NCBI RefSeq assembly: GCF_001194135.2 | Contig: NC_068998.1 | Coordinates: 19,434,554-19,498,553, forward strand | DNA from: Octopus bimaculoides | Taxonomy: Eukaryota | Direction: 5' to 3' | Length of the DNA stretch: 64,000 nucleotides | In this document: piece after piece, positions 60,394 to 64,000 of the stretch | Layout: every line of letters starts with the position of its first letter | Numbering within the stretch: position 1 is the first letter of the stretch | Position numbers and translations under genes: made by a program | Notes under the pieces: model-generated | The model's database searches: none | What the model saw: only the letters and a program-made list of their open reading frames with translations | What the model was told of the DNA's origin: nothing

Positions 60394-60841
60394 CACAAGG
60401 ACTATATAATAGAGTAAGATGAAATTAAGTGACATGTGATTAATAATAATCATGTGATAACTATGTGCTGAATATAAAATATATACACAGCTGTTAAACC
60501 ACACTAAATATTGATCCCCTTTTGATAAGTATAAGACCAAATATTTTTGCAAGAGAACTGATTAAACCCAGTGCATTACTGATATTTATCTGCTTTTTAA
60601 TCATTCTTGAGGTGATTTATTCAAGGCAACAAGCTTTGAATTCAAACTGTAAAAGCTAAAAACTAATTACTTTAAGGGTAATTTAGCACATTATTACAAT
60701 TTCTGTCTACTTGCTTGCTGTTTTAAATATTATGGAATATTGTATTAGACCTGCGTGAAAGTATTTCAAATATAATATTACACACAAATTAGTGGTTTGT
60801 TTGTGCAAACTGTGCAATGCTGTGAAATATATAATAATTAC

Positions 60842-60923
60842 CTGTGATACACTGATATCTGAGGTGTTTTTTTCACTGTTTACTTTCAAGTTACCAAGGT
60901 CTAGGATAAGTCGACGAGCATTT
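60842..60923 (-). CDS. VPS13: VPS13 exon 3 (NARRLILDLGNLKVNSEKNTSDISVSQ)
   Basis: 82 nt, phase 2 to 0, LDLGNL motif. Confidence 0.92.
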
Positions 60924-61368
60924 CTAGATGAAAAAAGGAGATTACATTAGGGAGTTGAAACTGTACTCATTATGCATTTTTCTTTTAACTGAAAAAATAA
61001 ATAATAAACAGATATTTCACTTTTTATCCACTCCACTTGCTGGGATGTATCAAAGATTTATTGAAGATTATCTCAGTTTTCAAGGTACTAAGTGCTTTGG
61101 AAAGCATTTCTCTCTTTGGGACACTATCACAGACTTTGATCATAAGAAAATTTGAAGAGAGCACTCATTGTAAGGTAATGAAACACTTGTCAATTATACC
61201 ATGCACATAGCCATGAAATATACCTCTATGGTACCTATTTATAACTAAGTGGGCTAAGCCATAAAAAATTAAGAAACCTGGCCCTAGATACAAAACAGTG
61301 CTGATGAAAAGATGCAAAACATATCAGTACATTATTTTAATGATAATAATAATAATAATAATAATAAT

Positions 61369-61580
61369 GGTTTCAAATTTTTCCACAAAGGCAGCAATTT
61401 TGGGGAAGGGGATGAATAAATTATATCAACCCCAGTGTTCAACTGGTACTTATTTTATTGACCCTGGAAGGATGACAAGCAAAGTCGACCTTGGTGGAAT
61501 TTGAACTCAGAATGTAAAGATGGACGAAATGCCGCAAAACATTTTTCTTGATGTACTAACGATTCTGCTAGCTCACCGAC

Positions 61581-61642
<62 letters not shown>

Positions 61643-62095
61643 TATGATAAAAACTTTCAAGTGTAGGCACAAGGCCTGAAAATTGGGAGAAGAAGAATAA
61701 TTGATTACATCAATGCCAGTGTTCAACTGGTACTTATTTCATTGATCCCAAAAGGATGAAAGGCAAAGGTGGCATTTGAACTCAGAATATAAAGACAGAA
61801 GAAATGCTACTAAATATTTTGTCCATTGTGTTAATGATTCTGCCAGCTTGCCACAATAATAATAATTAATAATAATAATAATAATGGCTTCAAATTTTGG
61901 CACAAGGCCAGCAAGTTTGGGGGAAGGGGTAAATCAATTACATCAACCCCTGTACATAAGTGGTACTTATTTTATTGACCCCGAAAGGATGAAAGCTAAA
62001 GTCAACCTTGGCGGAATTTGAACTCAGAAAGTAAAGCCAGAGGAAATGTTGCTAAGCATTTTGCCCAGCATGCTAATGATTCTGCAAGGTTGTCA
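61369..62095 (-). mobile_element. Tandem array of three SINE family 2 copies separated by (TAA)n
   Basis: Copies at about 61369-61582, 61655-61853 and 61886-62095. Confidence 0.85.
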
Positions 62096-62414
62096 TTGTT
62101 ACCGCTCTCCTCATTCACCTCAGCATTCAGACCACACAGGAGCAAAAGCAACATACTAACACACTTTCAACTTGTGCATTTGACCAACAGAAAATGTCAA
62201 CAAACAATATATTAAATCCATCATTGACTACACCAGTCCTGTGAGCTTGAATTTCTTCACAAACTACAGAGAACAAAAAAACAGCACATTGTACACCACA
62301 TCCACAGATCACTGATACTATAAAACAAAAGCTCTTTCGAGTCAAATTTATGTTGTTCTTACATATGTTTCAAAAATAAATTGCATAATTATAAAAGAAG
62401 GAATAGATAATTAC

Positions 62415-62567
62415 TTTCGATTGAAGCCACTTTCAGGAACGATTACATAAGAAGACTTCAAATAAACACAAATGTCAGTGAATTTGTGTTGCTCAATTGC
62501 ATGTTTTAGTCCAGTGGTAGATAGCTGTTTCACCTCATTAAATTTAGCCATTGCTGCTTGTGACAAC
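62415..62567 (-). CDS. VPS13: VPS13 exon 2 (LSQAAMAKFNEVKQLSTTGLKHAIEQHKFTDICVYLKSSYVIVPESGFNR)
   Basis: AG/GT boundaries, 153 nt, phase 2 to 2, conserved VPS13 peptide. Confidence 0.95.
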
Positions 62568-63270
62568 CTGTGAAATAAAAAAAGAAAAGAAAAGTTATGA
62601 GGTCCTTTTGCAATCGACAAAGCGGAAAATATTTCTCATTAATACAAAGATTTTGATTTACTTGAGTTATTTAAGTTACTCCCCTTATAGGTTAAATTTA
62701 TCATATGGAAGACTAATTCAGAGAACACCTCCTTGATAACGTCCTAAAACCTTGGGCCCTTGTAAACTCATCGCACACATTTTAACTTCTATAGGCCACT
62801 CCCATCATCACCTTTCTGCCTTTGGTTTATTCCTGCACCATGGTCCCTTTCCCACATGCTACTCCATGAACACAAACTGATTTTCCAACTGGGAGCATTC
62901 TCTCCTTTTGGTATCAACAACTATTTATTTTTTTCTCTAATTTCTTTGCTACTTCTTCCACACCTACACCCCTCAATAGATACAAATGCACAAACTCACA
63001 CAATCAGCTCACCAACACATGTGCTCACTGCTGCTACTAACTTCTTTTTTTGCACATATTCAACATTTTTACCAAATATCCATCTTCACTACTCCAGAAA
63101 CAATAGATCTGCCAAAGTCATTTTATTCATCTGTACTTACTGTGGCTAAAATATTTAATAAATCTCTTAATTTCTTTTTAAAAATCTGAATAATTGAGAC
63201 ATTTTCTACTTACTGTGTGATTTTTTTATCACACAAAAAAATTTAATGAAAGTAAGTAATTCACACTAAC

Positions 63271-63329
63271 TGTTTCAAATAGACTGATTCGGGTGGTTTG
63301 AAAAATACAGCCAAGGCATTGACAGTTAC
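63271..63329 (-). CDS. VPS13: VPS13 exon 1 in window (VTVNALAVFFKPPESVYLK)
   Basis: tttttctag acceptor, GTTAGT donor, 59 nt, phase 0 to 2. Confidence 0.9.
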
Positions 63330-63530
63330 CTAGAAAAAATAATAACAATGTTCTGTTTTAAATAAGAAAATGACAAAAACAATACATTATTGAAAATGAT
63401 TTCAAAATATATTTCACTTTTAATAGATACAAATATCTGGTTCCAAAGAGAAAGAAAAAAGTATATAGTTATATAGTTAAAATAATTATTTCTTAATTTA
63501 CAAATCAAAGACAGAGTAGTAACCATTGTC

Positions 63531-63565
<35 letters not shown>

Positions 63566-64000
63566 CCCGCATAGAATGACGTTACAGAGAGAACTGTATA
63601 AGATTAAATATTATTAATACTATTCAACAACAGTTTGAATTGTTGTCAATTAGTGGTGAAAGAGGGAAGAAATTTGTTGAATCTTCCTTCCTTAGAGCGA
63701 AATTTCTCAAAGATTTAGTACAAGATATGAAGTTGAGTAGGTGGCAAGAGTGTGAAGGAAGAAAGAGGTCTGACTGAATTTAAAGAAGGATAGTATAGAG
63801 TAAATAAATTTAGTAAAAGAGGAAGACATAAATAGACAGAGGGAAAGATTTATCTAGCAGAACATTGTTATCAAACAAATAACTTTTTTAACATGTTTAT
63901 TGTTTTAGGAAGGTGAATCATTTCTTTAGTATCCTGATCATTTTTTTCCAAAAATAAAATTACATCTTAATCAATATATTCTGATTCTTCTTTTTCAAGT

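Larger units (their letters stand above)
6726..63329 (-). other. VPS13: Gene body (partial) of a VPS13A/C-like bulk lipid transfer protein; 38 coding exons in window, 1649 codons, 5' and 3' ends outside window
   Basis: Exons join in compatible phase without stops. Peptides match motifs I recall from VPS13A/C: FFKPPESVYL, AAMAKF..TGL, SYVIVP, LILDLGNL, AYDKFNIQL, GELPLLSLSISDHKL, KAPLILVP, YYNEKLAVWEPLLEP, YSPYWMINKTG. Confidence 0.95.

Noticed and set aside
63141-63145. 5-nt tttag|CCACA|gtaagt micro-exon
   Set aside because: Frame-breaking, very short and likely by chance in AT-rich DNA.
1-64000. CRISPR arrays, rRNA, prokaryotic operons
   Set aside because: No regularly spaced repeat-spacer units or rRNA-like sequence; the window is spliceosomal-intron eukaryotic DNA.

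Overview
AT-rich, microsatellite-rich eukaryotic genomic DNA with six assembly gaps. The repeat content suggests an octopus/coleoid cephalopod (inference). The window is the interior of one large minus-strand gene, a VPS13A/C-type lipid-transfer protein. I traced 38 coding exons by hand (63329 to 6726, 4947 nt = 1649 codons, every splice phase compatible, no stops). One intron is GC-AG; both gene ends lie outside the window. Introns are packed with tRNA-derived SINEs (several with clear TSDs), RTE, CR1/L2-like and Penelope-like remnants, four mariner and one Tc1 remnant, TTAA-flanked piggyBac-type MITEs, hAT-type MITEs and a Helitron with both termini. The most notable unexplained signal is a recurring minimal type I hammerhead-ribozyme architecture (CUGAAGA-stem II-GAAA-short palindromic stem III-UH-stem I). 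It occurs as a well-formed copy at 11145-11235 (+), as a copy on the host sense strand at 51465-51516, and as decayed cores in both arms of three head-to-head foldbacks (789-997, 38209-38588, 42983-43226). All folds were made by eye; no activity is demonstrated. No CRISPR, rRNA or genuine tRNA genes were found, and most ORFs in the supplied track are spurious.
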